A stretch of DNA of 64,000 nucleotides, taken from contig JBHORC010000011.1 of NCBI GenBank assembly GCA_042408445.1, positions 58,069-122,068 of the forward strand, given 5' to 3'. Positions 1 through 9,188 of the stretch are shown here, piece after piece. The stretch comes from Chloroflexota bacterium (lineage in GTDB: Bacteria; Chloroflexota; Limnocylindria; Limnocylindrales; CSP1-4). The stretch's first letter is position 1. Each line of letters starts with the position of its first letter. The translations under genes were made by a program, and so were the position numbers. The notes under the pieces were generated by a model. The model was not told the DNA's origin, made no database searches, and worked only from the letters and a program-made list of their open reading frames with translations.

Positions 1-431
1 GCCTCGTCGACCGCGAGCTGGCGCACCCGCGCGTCACCGAGCTCCGGATCGTCGAGACGCTTCACGAGCGGAAAGCCGAGATGGCCGAGCTGGCGGATGC
101 GTTCATCGCGCTCCCGGGTGGCCTCGGCACGCTCGAGGAACTGACCGAGGTCCTGTCCTGGGCCCAGCTCGACCTCCATGCGAAGCCGATCGGGCTGCTC
201 GATGTCGCCAACTACTACGCGTCCTTCGAGGCGTTCCTCGACCACGCGGTGGGGCAGGGGTTCCTTGCCGAGCGGCACCGGCGCCTGCTGCTGCGCGACG
301 AGGATGTCGACCGGCTGCTCGAGCGGTTCCGGGCGTGGGAGCCGCCGGCCGGTCGCTTCGCGCCTCCGGCGCCGGCGTCCGGCGAGATCAGCGAAGGGGC
401 CGGTCCACCGCCGAACGGCGGGAGGAGTTAG
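1..431 (+). CDS. LOG family nucleotide monophosphate phosphoribohydrolase (TIGR00730-like), 5' truncated by window edge
   Basis: Frame open from base 3; ERKAEMAELADAFIALPGGLGTLEEL signature (PGGxGTxEE). Confidence 0.9.
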   Translation, partial: LVDRELAHPRVTELRIVETLHERKAEMAELADAFIALPGGLGTLEELTEVLSWAQLDLHAKPIGLLDVANYYASFEAFLDHAVGQGFLAERHRRLLLRDEDVDRLLERFRAWEPPAGRFAPPAPASGEISEGAGPPPNGGRS

Positions 432-1906
432 GGCGCCGAGCTCGACGAATCGCCGGAGCCGCCCTCGGGCGAGGCGCCCGCCGCGCCGCCACCCGTGCCG
501 GCACTCCCCGACGGTGCCGGCCGCGACCCGACCGGCCATGTCGGATCGGCGCCGGGTGGCCCGAAGACCACCTTCGTCAGCTGCGCGATCCTCGCCGTCA
601 CGGGCAGGAACGTCGACCCGTACTTCGGCGACGACGCGGCCTTGATCTGGGGCGAGGTGAGCACGACCTTCACCGTCGAGGCGCCGCCGATCTGCTCGGC
701 CAGCGCGGCGAGCTGGGGCAGCCGCTCGGCGGGCAGGTCCGTGTGGACGGTCGTGCCGACGGCCGCGAGCAACGACGGGAGGCGGAACAGGATCCCCGCG
801 TTCGCCACGCCGTTGCGCAGCGCGACGAGCACTTCCTGCTGCCGTGCCGCTCGCGTCAGGTCGCTCTCCCCGACGGCCTTCCGGATCCGGGCGTAGGCGA
901 GGGCGTCGCTGCCGTCGAAGTGGTGCCGTCCCGGCTGGACGGACCAGCCCCGTCGGCCGTCGAGCCGCGGATAGTTCGGGTCCGCGAGCGGCTTCTTCAC
1001 ATCGATGTCCACGCCACCGACCGCGTCGACCATCGTGACGAACCCGGCGAGGTCGACGGTTGCGTAGGCGTGGATCGGGATCCCGAAGAGGGCGCCGACC
1101 GCTCGTTCGAGCGTCGCGATGCCGCCGCCGGGAAAGTCGGCCGGATGGCGGTCGGCGTAGCCCATCAGCGAGTTGATCTTCGGCGCGAACGTGTTGCCGT
1201 TGCCGAGCGGGACGCCAGCGAGGTCCCGCGGGATCGAGACCATCGAGACGGTCCGGCCCACCGGATCGAGCGAGACGACGATCAGCGAATCCGTCAGTGC
1301 CTCGGTCCGTCCCGGTGCGGAGTCGACACCGATCAACAGGACGTTGAGCCGCTCGGTGTCGGAGGGGAGCGGCGCGGCCGAAACCGAACGGACGGACGAT
1401 CCCGAGAAGATCCGGGCGAAGGTCCGCTGCGCCGCGGTGCCCGCGTTCCAGGCGAGGACGTGCGGGACGACGGTGAAGGCGAGCAGCACCGCGAGCCCCA
1501 CCGCGCCGAGCGGACCCGGTCGCCCCGGATAGCGGCGATCGAGGAATGCCTGGAGCAGTGCGAGCAGCCGCCAGACGAGGATCGCGACGTTCAGGACCAG
1601 GAGGAGGCTGAGGATCTGCGGCGAGATCGCCCGGGCGAGGAGCATCGCGGGCGAGTCCGCGTGCGCGATCAGCCACGTGATGAGCAGGACGATCGCGGTC
1701 GGGCCGGCGAAGACGACTGCCGGTCGGACGCGGACGTTGGCGACCTGGCCGAGGCCGGGGAGGATGGACGAGAGGGTCGCAGCGATCAGGCGCCGGAGGT
1801 CGGAGGGGCGGCTGTCCGGTCGAACCTCACGTGCCTGGCTGCGCTCGGCGCGTGGCCGGAATCGCGGTTCGCGGGCGGTCGGCTCCCAGGTCGCGCGGTC
1901 GGACAT
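428..1906 (-). CDS. LCP (LytR-CpsA-Psr) family cell-wall glycopolymer transferase with N-terminal TM segments
   Basis: NVLLIGVD, TDSLIVV, SIPRD, KINS, ALAYARIR and SDLTRAARQQ motifs. Confidence 0.92.
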   Translation of the reverse strand: MSDRATWEPTAREPRFRPRAERSQAREVRPDSRPSDLRRLIAATLSSILPGLGQVANVRVRPAVVFAGPTAIVLLITWLIAHADSPAMLLARAISPQILSLLLVLNVAILVWRLLALLQAFLDRRYPGRPGPLGAVGLAVLLAFTVVPHVLAWNAGTAAQRTFARIFSGSSVRSVSAAPLPSDTERLNVLLIGVDSAPGRTEALTDSLIVVSLDPVGRTVSMVSIPRDLAGVPLGNGNTFAPKINSLMGYADRHPADFPGGGIATLERAVGALFGIPIHAYATVDLAGFVTMVDAVGGVDIDVKKPLADPNYPRLDGRRGWSVQPGRHHFDGSDALAYARIRKAVGESDLTRAARQQEVLVALRNGVANAGILFRLPSLLAAVGTTVHTDLPAERLPQLAALAEQIGGASTVKVVLTSPQIKAASSPKYGSTFLPVTARIAQLTKVVFGPPGADPTWPVGSRPAPSGSAGTGGGAAGASPEGGSGDSSSSAP

Positions 1907-1978
1907 CTGTCACCGAGTGTAGCTGCGACGACGGGGACGTGTGCCGTCGCGGAGCGGGTCGGACGAACTGGACGTGGC

Positions 1979-2021
1979 GACGCCGGGCGATCGATCAGCC
2001 TGCCAGTGATCGCCCGGCGTC
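1979..2021. terminator. 14-bp perfect inverted repeat, probable terminator of the 2106-2381 gene
   Basis: gacgccgggcgatc-N15-gatcgcccggcgtc; no clear U-tract. Confidence 0.4.
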
Positions 2022-2105
2022 AAACCCTGTGACGAGCGGTGCCGGCGCTGTGTTCCGCTGGCGGGCCGTCAGCTTGACCGGAGCCGACTCGGCCAGTCGC
2101 TGGGC

Positions 2106-2381
2106 CTACTTGCTCGCCTCGTACTCGGCGCCCAGGAGCTGCGAGACCGCCCGTGCCTCCGCCCACCCGGCCGAGCCCATCTCCGCCTCGTCCTGGCGGC
2201 GGAGCGCCGCACGCCACGCGATCAGGAGCTCCTCGGGCGTCGCGGTCCGGATCGCGTCGTCGTACCGGGCGCTGGTCGACCGCGCCCGCGCATCCTCGGC
2301 ATCCCCGCGAGCCGATGCCGCGCGCTCGGCATCGAGCCAGTCGCGGGCGAGGTCCTCGATAGCGGGGGAGTCATCAGTCAT
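2106..2381 (-). CDS. Hypothetical small helical protein
   Basis: MTDDSPAIEDLARDWL...; GC3-biased codons; TACCAT -10-like hexamer 7 nt upstream of the ATG. Confidence 0.6.
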   Translation of the reverse strand: MTDDSPAIEDLARDWLDAERAASARGDAEDARARSTSARYDDAIRTATPEELLIAWRAALRRQDEAEMGSAGWAEARAVSQLLGAEYEASK

Positions 2382-2581
2382 CGCTCGCATGGTACGGCTC
2401 GGTGCGTCGTGAGACGGGCGTTCCCCGGCGGGGGACGCGTCGCGGCCTCCGACACTGCCGCCCGCTGCTCGACGTGGGAAGTCCATGCCGGCGATCCGTC
2501 GCGCCGTTGTAGTGTCGCGGGGCGCCGTCCTGGGCGTAGGGTCATGCCGTGGCTGGTCGTGTGTCGGATGCACCGGGGTTC

Positions 2582-2827
2582 ATGTCGGATTCGTCCGGCG
2601 GTTTCGGGCAGCCCCTGCTGGTCCTGAACCCGAGCCATGACCTGGACTTCCGACGCCATGCCCACGACCTGATGGCGCTCGAAGGCTTCAGCTCGCCCGA
2701 ATCCCTGCAACGCGCGCTGCGCGACGCCTATCCCCGCGCGAGCGTCCGGCCTCGCGATCTCTCGAATGAGGCCGTGCGGACCTGGTATGTCTATCGCGAG
2801 GGCCGCTGGGTCAAGGGCCGGGACTGA
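2582..2827 (+). CDS. Hypothetical protein
   Basis: MSDSSGG...LQRALRDAYPRASVRPRDLS...WYVYREGRW; protein-like composition. Confidence 0.65.
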   Translation: MSDSSGGFGQPLLVLNPSHDLDFRRHAHDLMALEGFSSPESLQRALRDAYPRASVRPRDLSNEAVRTWYVYREGRWVKGRD

Positions 2828-2897
2828 CTCGGGCCGGACTTGCGGGCGACGCTCCGGCGGGGCGTGCCCCACCCTTGGCGGGTGTCCGCGGGATCGG

Positions 2898-3389
2898 TCA
2901 GGCCTTGGCTGCTCGGCTGGTCGCCGCGGCGCGCGGCTGGCGGGTCCGCCGCCGCGATCCTCGCGTTTCCGTTGCCTTGCCGCGCTCCGAGCGGGCCATC
3001 TTCAGGAGTTCCTGCTCGCGCTCGACCAGGACGCTCTCGGGCGCCTGATCCAGCGCGATGAACTCGTTCCGCGCGTCCTGAACGGCCCGGATCAGCTCGT
3101 CCAGCTTGAGCTGGGTCGCCTTGGCGGATCGGTTCGCGCTGTTCTGGATGACGAACACCATCCAGAACGTGACGACCGTCGTCGTCGTGTTGATGAACAG
3201 CTGCCACGTGTCCGAGAAGTTGAACAGCGGCCCGGTGATCGCCCAGACGACCACCAGCAGCACGGAGCCGGCAAGCGCCGGCAGCGACCCGAGGGCGACC
3301 GTCAGGGCATCAGCAACTCGATTGAACCGCTCGCCGAACGTCCGATCCGGACGCGTCCCCCGCTGTTTCGCGCTCACCGCTGCAGTCAC
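2898..3389 (-). CDS. Low-affinity iron permease family (Fet4-like) membrane protein
   Basis: FSDTWQLFINTTTTVVTFWMVFVIQNSANR...QLKLDELIRA. Confidence 0.88.
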   Translation of the reverse strand: MTAAVSAKQRGTRPDRTFGERFNRVADALTVALGSLPALAGSVLLVVVWAITGPLFNFSDTWQLFINTTTTVVTFWMVFVIQNSANRSAKATQLKLDELIRAVQDARNEFIALDQAPESVLVEREQELLKMARSERGKATETRGSRRRTRQPRAAATSRAAKA

Positions 3390-3578
3390 GTCGGTCTCCT
3401 CGAGTCAAGCCGCGACACGCACATTTGACGCGACTGCCGCTGTCGCGCCGCACGTCACACAGCGGCGCGATCCCCCGCATCGCATTCCAGACGAACGGGC
3501 GTTGCAGCGCCAGCAGTGGCCTGCCTGCCCGGCGTTGCGGGCAGGCGACAGGCGATGCCGACGAGCGGGGTCCGTGGC

Positions 3579-4043
3579 TCAGCGGCTCGGCGGGATCCCC
3601 AGCTCCTGCTGCGCGGACACGCGTCGCTCGGCCATCCGCTCGCCGAGATCCTCGAGCTCCTGACGGTCGAACACCTGACGAGCCTGCTTGAACATCTCGT
3701 CCTCCTCTTCCTCGATGTGGTGCTCGACGTTCTCCTTCATGACCGTCGCCTTGGCGCCCCACGTCTCGTCGGTGACGTCCAGGCCCTCGAGCTCCGCCAT
3801 GACCGTGTCGACGACGTGGTGCTCCTCGTAGCCCTCGAGGACGATCGCCTTCGCCTTCGGGTGCTCCTTCAGCGCTGGGTAGAAGATCTCCTCCTCGATG
3901 ATCTCGTGGATCGTCAGATCGCCCTTGATCGTGGCGAAGAGCTCCTCGCGGATCTTCACGCCGCGTTCCGTGGTCGAGTCGAGCCGGGCCAGCAGATCCT
4001 TGATCTTGTCGTGGTCGGCCTTGAGCATCGCGATGGCATCCAT
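3579..4043 (-). CDS. Hemerythrin-like (HHE) domain protein
   Basis: LKADH, HEIIEEEIFYP, EEHH and HHIEEEE motifs; GGAGG RBS. Confidence 0.9.
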   Translation of the reverse strand: MDAIAMLKADHDKIKDLLARLDSTTERGVKIREELFATIKGDLTIHEIIEEEIFYPALKEHPKAKAIVLEGYEEHHVVDTVMAELEGLDVTDETWGAKATVMKENVEHHIEEEEDEMFKQARQVFDRQELEDLGERMAERRVSAQQELGIPPSR

Positions 4044-4286
4044 CGGTGGCCTCCTGAGTGGGCAGGGACGACGGCGCGGGGATGCGGCCGTCGTCGGTCG
4101 CCTGACCCTACCGAGCGGTGCCGCCGACGTCAGGACCGGATTTTCGTAACAGGCCTCCCCGATTCATGTCGTCTGGCTCGCGGCCGTTCGGCGCGCAGGG
4201 GCCAGGGCGCTCGGCGCCGCTGGCGCCGCACCGGCCGTGACCCGCGCAGCGCCCGCCGGTGCCCTCGTCAGCGGTCGCCGCCCGCG

Positions 4287-4667
4287 CTAGGACGCGTCGT
4301 GGAGGACCGCCAGGATGTTGCCCGCCGGATCCTTGAACCAGGCGATGTCCGGGCCGTACCCATCGCCCCGGGCGATGCCCTTCTCGTCCTGGGTCATCCC
4401 CGGATACCGCTCGAACTCGACGCCGGCCGCCGTGAGGTCATCGACCGCGGCGTCGAGATCGTCGACCGGGAAGTTCAGCACCGTGAACGTGGCCGGCTCG
4501 TGGGCTTCCTTCGGGTAGATGAAGACGCTGTGGCCGTTCGAGAACTGGATGCCCAGACCGCCCATCCGGTCGGTCGTCTCGAGGCCGAGGACATCGCGGT
4601 AGAACGTTCGGGCGGCGTCGACATCATTCGTCGAGTAGCCCGAGAACGCGGTCGCGTTGGTCAACAT
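4287..4667 (-). CDS. VOC/glyoxalase family protein
   Basis: [35 protein letters not shown]; GGAGG RBS. Confidence 0.9.
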   Translation of the reverse strand: MLTNATAFSGYSTNDVDAARTFYRDVLGLETTDRMGGLGIQFSNGHSVFIYPKEAHEPATFTVLNFPVDDLDAAVDDLTAAGVEFERYPGMTQDEKGIARGDGYGPDIAWFKDPAGNILAVLHDAS

Positions 4668-4805
4668 GAACCTGCCTCCTGGCTGGGGTGGATCGTCGCC
4701 GTGGGGTCGTCATCGTGTAGACGACGGCCGGGCGCCCGACTCATCGCCGGGGACCGCGGGACCGAGGCGAACGATCGCCCAGCCGCTGCGTCGAACCAGC
4801 CTGGT

Positions 4806-4988
4806 TCAGAACTCGCGGATGGGCCCGAACACGATCAGGGCGACGGCGACGATGAGGATCACGATCGCCACGATCCGGCCGATCATCTCGGCGCGTTCGG
4901 CGTCCAGCCGCCGCTCGCCGACGATCAACGGCGTCGCGCTCCGCACCGCCCGGGACGGTTCGTGCTCGTCGCCCACGACCTCCTCCAT
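4806..4988 (-). CDS. Small single-TM hypothetical protein (start uncertain)
   Basis: C-terminal hydrophobic helix IVAIVILIVAVALIVFG. Confidence 0.45.
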   Translation of the reverse strand: MEEVVGDEHEPSRAVRSATPLIVGERRLDAERAEMIGRIVAIVILIVAVALIVFGPIREF

Positions 4989-5220
4989 CCTGAGCCGCCG
5001 GCATCGCCCCGCACCGGCCGCGGCCGAGCGGAGCACCTCCGGTCCGGGGACGTCGACTCGGTGGGGGTCGGACGAGCGCCGTCCCGCCGCGGACCGGAGG
5101 TCGCGCTAGGGTCGGGGCGCCGGAGCGATCGGGCAACTCGGACAACCTACCTATCCGTCGGTCGACGATCCGGCGGCGCGGTTGGCCCGAGGCGCGCCGC
5201 GGCTCGATGCCGGGCACAAA

Positions 5221-5252
5221 CGAACGACCCGGCCACCGGGCCGGGTCGTTCG
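5221..5252 (-). terminator. Intrinsic terminator after the DoxX gene
   Basis: cgaacgacccggcc-accg-ggccgggtcgttcg 14-bp stem, followed by TTTGTG on the minus strand. Confidence 0.75.
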
Positions 5253-5267
5253 GGGAAGCGGACGAGG

Positions 5268-6032
5268 TCAGCTGACGCCGGCCGCCTGGTAGGCGGGTCG
5301 ATCCGTCCGGACCGTTGCTCGCCAGGGCGTTCCGAGCATCGGGAGCAGGTAGCGGTCGAGCCCGTAGTAGCCCGCGACCTTCCACGCGAGCATCAGCCCG
5401 ATGGCCATCGCGAACAGGATCGGGTTGGTGGATGCGGAGCCGGCGAGGAGGAACGACATGTTCATCATCGCCCCGAAGAAGGCGGCAACTCCGACCAGGG
5501 CGCCGAGGAGGAGGCCGATCCCGACGGCGAGCTCACCGAACGAGATCACCCAGGCGAACCACGTCTGATGGTGTCCGTTCAGGAGGAAGGTCAGGAAGTC
5601 GCGATACCAGTCGAACGCGATCGGGCCCTTGCCCGTCTCGGGCGCCACTGCGACGGCGTTCTTCCAGTAGCCGGCAAGGGCGTTGCCGCCGTCGAGCCAG
5701 CCACCACCGGTGATCTTGTGCCAGCTCGCCTCGACCCAGCTGAAGCCGAGGAACAGGCGGATCGGAAGCCAGAACAGGCCCGCCTGCGTGTTCGAGAACA
5801 GGTACCGCGTGAACGCGGGCCCCTCGATCTGGACCTCGCTCGCGCCGGTGTCCTTGCGGCCCTGGAACATCAACACCACGACGGCGATGAACAGGACCCA
5901 GAAGCCAACGGTGGCCGCCTGGCGGAGGGTCTGGCTGACCATCTCCGGGGTGAACCACGGGTTCTCCATCCAGAACAGGATGACGGCGGCCAGGATCCCC
6001 AGGCCCGTCACGAGTCGTCGATTGCCGGACAT
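5268..6032 (-). CDS. DoxX/DoxD-family membrane protein (thiosulfate:quinone oxidoreductase subunit-like)
   Basis: RLFLGFSWVEASWHKI, FGELAVGIGLLLG, MNMSFLLAGSASTNP, AGYYGLD; RBS GGAG before MSGNRR. Confidence 0.85.
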   Translation of the reverse strand: MSGNRRLVTGLGILAAVILFWMENPWFTPEMVSQTLRQAATVGFWVLFIAVVVLMFQGRKDTGASEVQIEGPAFTRYLFSNTQAGLFWLPIRLFLGFSWVEASWHKITGGGWLDGGNALAGYWKNAVAVAPETGKGPIAFDWYRDFLTFLLNGHHQTWFAWVISFGELAVGIGLLLGALVGVAAFFGAMMNMSFLLAGSASTNPILFAMAIGLMLAWKVAGYYGLDRYLLPMLGTPWRATVRTDRPAYQAAGVS

Positions 6033-6115
6033 CTTGTCTCTCCACTTCCTCTGTTGATCGGCCCGCAGGGCCGTTCTCGATGCACATCCTCTGGGCCGGG
6101 GCTGCGGCCCGGCAG

Positions 6116-6152
6116 GGGCCCAACGGCCTGTTCCGCCCGGGCTGTCCGGCCC
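6116..6152. promoter_or_regulatory. Tandem DosR-like boxes upstream of DoxX
   Basis: GGGCC-CAAC-GGCCT (6116-6129) and GGGCT-GTCC-GGCCC (6139-6152); minus-strand -10-like GAGGAT at 6086-6091. Confidence 0.6.
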
Positions 6153-6171
6153 TCCGCGCCGGGACCCGGGA

Positions 6172-6636
6172 TCAGCTGCCGTCGACCGTGACGATGTCGA
6201 CCGGGCAGTCGGCCTGCGCCGCGACGTCGCGGGAGACGCTCCCGGCGATCGCGAGGCCGATGCCATGCCGGCCGTGACTGCCGACGACGATTCGTGAAGC
6301 GCCCTCACCACGGGCCGCCTCCAGCAGGCACGTGGTGGGGTCGCCGTTCCAGATGAGGACGCGAGCGGCAACGCCGGCGGCCCGCGCCGTCGCGACGAGC
6401 TCCGCGCCGTCGCGCTCCCGCTGGCTGCGGGCCTGGTCGACCCGCGTCAGCCACCGCCCGCCGGGCAGCCGAAGTCGCCGGGCGTCGATCGCATGGACCA
6501 CGACGAGGTCGACGCCGAGCCGTGCCGCGGTGCCGATCGCCGCCCGCTCCGCGGCAGCGCTCACGGGGCCGAAGTCCGTCCCGACGACGATCGGGCCGGC
6601 CGCGACGTCCGGGAGCGCACCGGCGGTCACGTTCAC
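6172..6636 (-). CDS. Universal stress protein (USP)
   Basis: IVVGTDF, VVVHAID, IVVGSHGRHG...GSVS...ADCPV; GTGA overlap with the upstream stop. Confidence 0.9.
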   Translation of the reverse strand: MNVTAGALPDVAAGPIVVGTDFGPVSAAAERAAIGTAARLGVDLVVVHAIDARRLRLPGGRWLTRVDQARSQRERDGAELVATARAAGVAARVLIWNGDPTTCLLEAARGEGASRIVVGSHGRHGIGLAIAGSVSRDVAAQADCPVDIVTVDGS

Positions 6637-7922
6637 CCCACTGATGTCGGGATCCGACACAGGAAGGAGGTCGAGCCGCCGGCGAGGGCCGCCTTGCGGA
6701 CCTCGTCGGATCCGCCGGTTGCGCTAGCAAGCGTCGCGGCGGCGGTTCCGGGCGGCTGGATGACGAGCGCGGTCACCATGCCGAACATCCCGTTCTGGCC
6801 TTCGGCATGGGGAAGGATGTGGCAGTGGAACGCCCACGCCCCCGGGTCCTCGCACTTGATGATCACGTCCCAGCGCTCGCCGGGGTTGACGCCCAGCGTG
6901 TCGCAGTCGAACGGGGCGGGGAGGGGGTACCCGTCCCGGGCGACGACGTGCATCGGCATCCCGTGGAGATGCCAGGGGTGCATCATCGACCCCTCGTTCA
7001 TGAACCGGACGGCGATCGTGTCGCCGACGTTCGCGACGATCGGTGACGTCGCCGGAAAGCCGCGGCCGTTGATCGTGAAGCCGCCGAGCGAGTCGTTGCT
7101 GATCCAGACGATGTCCTGGCTCACGCCGTACTTCTTGTCGTAGCGGTCCGCCGGGTCCTTCGGCTGGACGATGAACGCGCCGAGCAGCCCGCGACCGACC
7201 TGGTCGGTCGCGTTGTGGTGCGAGTGGTACATGTGCGAGCCGGGCGTTCGAGCCTCGAACTCGTACGTGAACGAGTCGCCGGGCTTGATCGGGTCCTGGG
7301 TGACGAGGGGGACGCCGTCCATGCCGTTCGGCAGGCGCTGGCCGTGGAAGTGGACGCCGGTCGACTCGCTCAGGTTGTTCCTGAACGTCGCCCGAATTCG
7401 ATCGCCCTCGACGACTTCGATCCGTGGTGCCGGCCAGGTGCCGTTGTAGCCGAGTGCCGCGATCGGGTCCTTGAGCGCATCGATCCGATGCTGGATCTCG
7501 TCGATCGTCATCTCGAAGACCTTCACGCCGCTCTCGATCCGGGTCGGGGCGAGGGGCTGGTTGCCGGCTCCGTCGAGCTTGCTGCCCTCGCCGTCGAGGA
7601 AGCGCTTCACGACGGCGAGCGCCGTCGCGTCGTGGTCTGTCGGCGCGCCGGACGATGACGGCTCGTGGCTGGCGTGGGCGCCGGAGGCGGCCGGCGTCGC
7701 GGCTGCCGACGGGGCAGCGGACGGGGCGCCGGCACCGCCTCCCGGCGCGGCCGGCGGATAGGTCCAGGTCGGAGCGGCGGCCGCCGGTGCACACGCGGCG
7801 ACCGCCGCAGCGACCAGCCCGCCACCGGTGAGGGCGCCCGCCCGGAGGAGGGCCCGGCGGCTGAGGGTGGTCGACGGGATGGGGAGGCTTGTTGTGGCCG
7901 CCTCAGGCCGCAGCTCGGTCAT
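6633..7922 (-). CDS. Tat-exported two-domain multicopper oxidase (type B, small-laccase-like)
   Basis: SRRALL Tat motif and lipobox-like VAAC; HFHG, MYHSH, HPWHLHG, FHCHILPH...M copper motifs. Confidence 0.88.
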   Translation of the reverse strand: MTELRPEAATTSLPIPSTTLSRRALLRAGALTGGGLVAAAVAACAPAAAAPTWTYPPAAPGGGAGAPSAAPSAAATPAASGAHASHEPSSSGAPTDHDATALAVVKRFLDGEGSKLDGAGNQPLAPTRIESGVKVFEMTIDEIQHRIDALKDPIAALGYNGTWPAPRIEVVEGDRIRATFRNNLSESTGVHFHGQRLPNGMDGVPLVTQDPIKPGDSFTYEFEARTPGSHMYHSHHNATDQVGRGLLGAFIVQPKDPADRYDKKYGVSQDIVWISNDSLGGFTINGRGFPATSPIVANVGDTIAVRFMNEGSMMHPWHLHGMPMHVVARDGYPLPAPFDCDTLGVNPGERWDVIIKCEDPGAWAFHCHILPHAEGQNGMFGMVTALVIQPPGTAAATLASATGGSDEVRKAALAGGSTSFLCRIPTSVG

Positions 7923-7979
7923 GGCGGGACTCTTGCGTGAGGCGCGCTCGCGAACCTGTGCCAGAACGCCCAAGAAACT

Positions 7980-8021
7980 GGGCCACAGGTCACGTGCCAT
8001 CCAGGCCCGAACCGGTAGGCT
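7980..8021. promoter_or_regulatory. DosR-like box and -10 element between the divergent MCO and sensor kinase genes
   Basis: GGGCC-ACAG-GTCAC 7980-7993; TAGGCT 8016-8021, 6 nt before GTG 8028. Confidence 0.6.
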
Positions 8022-8027
8022 CCGCAG

Positions 8028-9188
8028 GTGCCAACCTCCGACCCGTCGGTCGAGACACCCGATGCACCGGCGCTCGCCGCCCTCGACGACGCGGCCCGGG
8101 CCATTGCCGAGCTCCGGCCGATCGACGACGTCCTGCAGCTGATCGTCGATCGCGTCCGCGTCCTCGTCGATGCGAGCTACGCGGCGCTCGGCATCGTGGG
8201 CGCCGGCGGGAAGATCGAACGCTTCATCACGGCCGGGATGGACCCGCAGACGCGGGCTGCCATCGGCGACCTGCCCGCCGGCCGCGGGCTCCTCGGACTG
8301 ATCATCCGCGAGGGGCGGTCATTCCGGATCGCCTCGATCGCCGGCCACGCCGATTCGTCTGGCTTTCCGCCGAACCACCCGCCGATGACCTCGTTTCTCG
8401 GCGTGCCGGTGGTCGCGCACGGCCTGTCCGTCGGGAACCTCTACCTGACCGACAAGCGAGGGGCGACCGAGTTCTCCGGGATGGACCAGCGGATCGTGGA
8501 GACGTTCGCCATCCACGCCGGGATCGCGATCGACAACGCCCGGCTCCACGCCCAGGCGGGGCGGCTCGCGGTCGCCGACGAGCGCGACCGGATCGGCCGC
8601 GACCTCCACGACGGGATCATCCAGTCGCTCTACGCCGTTTCGCTGTCCCTCGAGGACGTCCCCGAGCTGATGGCGGAGTCGTCTCCCGACGCCGAGCGGC
8701 GGGTCGACCAGGCGATCGATTCGCTCCATCTCGCAATCCGCGACATCCGGAACTTCATCTTCGGGCTGCGACCCGAGGCGGTCGACGGCAGCGAAGTCGT
8801 GGCGGGCATCGCCGCGCTCGCCCAGGATTTCCGTGACGGCGGACTGGTCGACGTCGTCGTCACCCTCGACCCGGCCGCGGACCCGACGCTCTCGCCGGAG
8901 CACGGCGTGGAGCTCCTCACGGTCGTTCGCGAGGTCCTGAGCAACGCGGCGCGCCATTCGCGAGCGCACCGCGTGGACGTCCTGCTCGGCAACGGACCGA
9001 CCGGGCCGTATCTGGAGATCGCGGACGACGGGGTGGGATTCGATCCTGCGCGGCCGCTCTCGGAGGACCATCATGGGCTGGCCAACATCCGGGTGCGGTC
9101 CGAGGCCATCGGCGCGCGCCTCGACGTCGACAGCGCGATCGGCCTTGGAACGCGCATCCGCCTGACGTTCTCACGGGACCAGCAATGA
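8028..9188 (+). CDS. DosS/DevS-like GAF sensor histidine kinase (single GAF + HisKA_3 + HATPase)
   Basis: GFPPNHPPMTSFLGVP heme-GAF motif, GNLYLTDK, ERDRIGRDLHDGIIQ, DDGVGF. Confidence 0.92.
   Translation: MPTSDPSVETPDAPALAALDDAARAIAELRPIDDVLQLIVDRVRVLVDASYAALGIVGAGGKIERFITAGMDPQTRAAIGDLPAGRGLLGLIIREGRSFRIASIAGHADSSGFPPNHPPMTSFLGVPVVAHGLSVGNLYLTDKRGATEFSGMDQRIVETFAIHAGIAIDNARLHAQAGRLAVADERDRIGRDLHDGIIQSLYAVSLSLEDVPELMAESSPDAERRVDQAIDSLHLAIRDIRNFIFGLRPEAVDGSEVVAGIAALAQDFRDGGLVDVVVTLDPAADPTLSPEHGVELLTVVREVLSNAARHSRAHRVDVLLGNGPTGPYLEIADDGVGFDPARPLSEDHHGLANIRVRSEAIGARLDVDSAIGLGTRIRLTFSRDQQ

Noticed and set aside
1907-2105. c-di-AMP riboswitch or ncRNA upstream of the LCP gene
   Set aside because: No ydaO consensus; a -10 hexamer sits just before the ATG and the hairpin is explained as a terminator.
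6633-7922. Copper nitrite reductase NirK
   Set aside because: Domain 1 lacks the HC type-1 Cys; the HCH motif is in domain 2.
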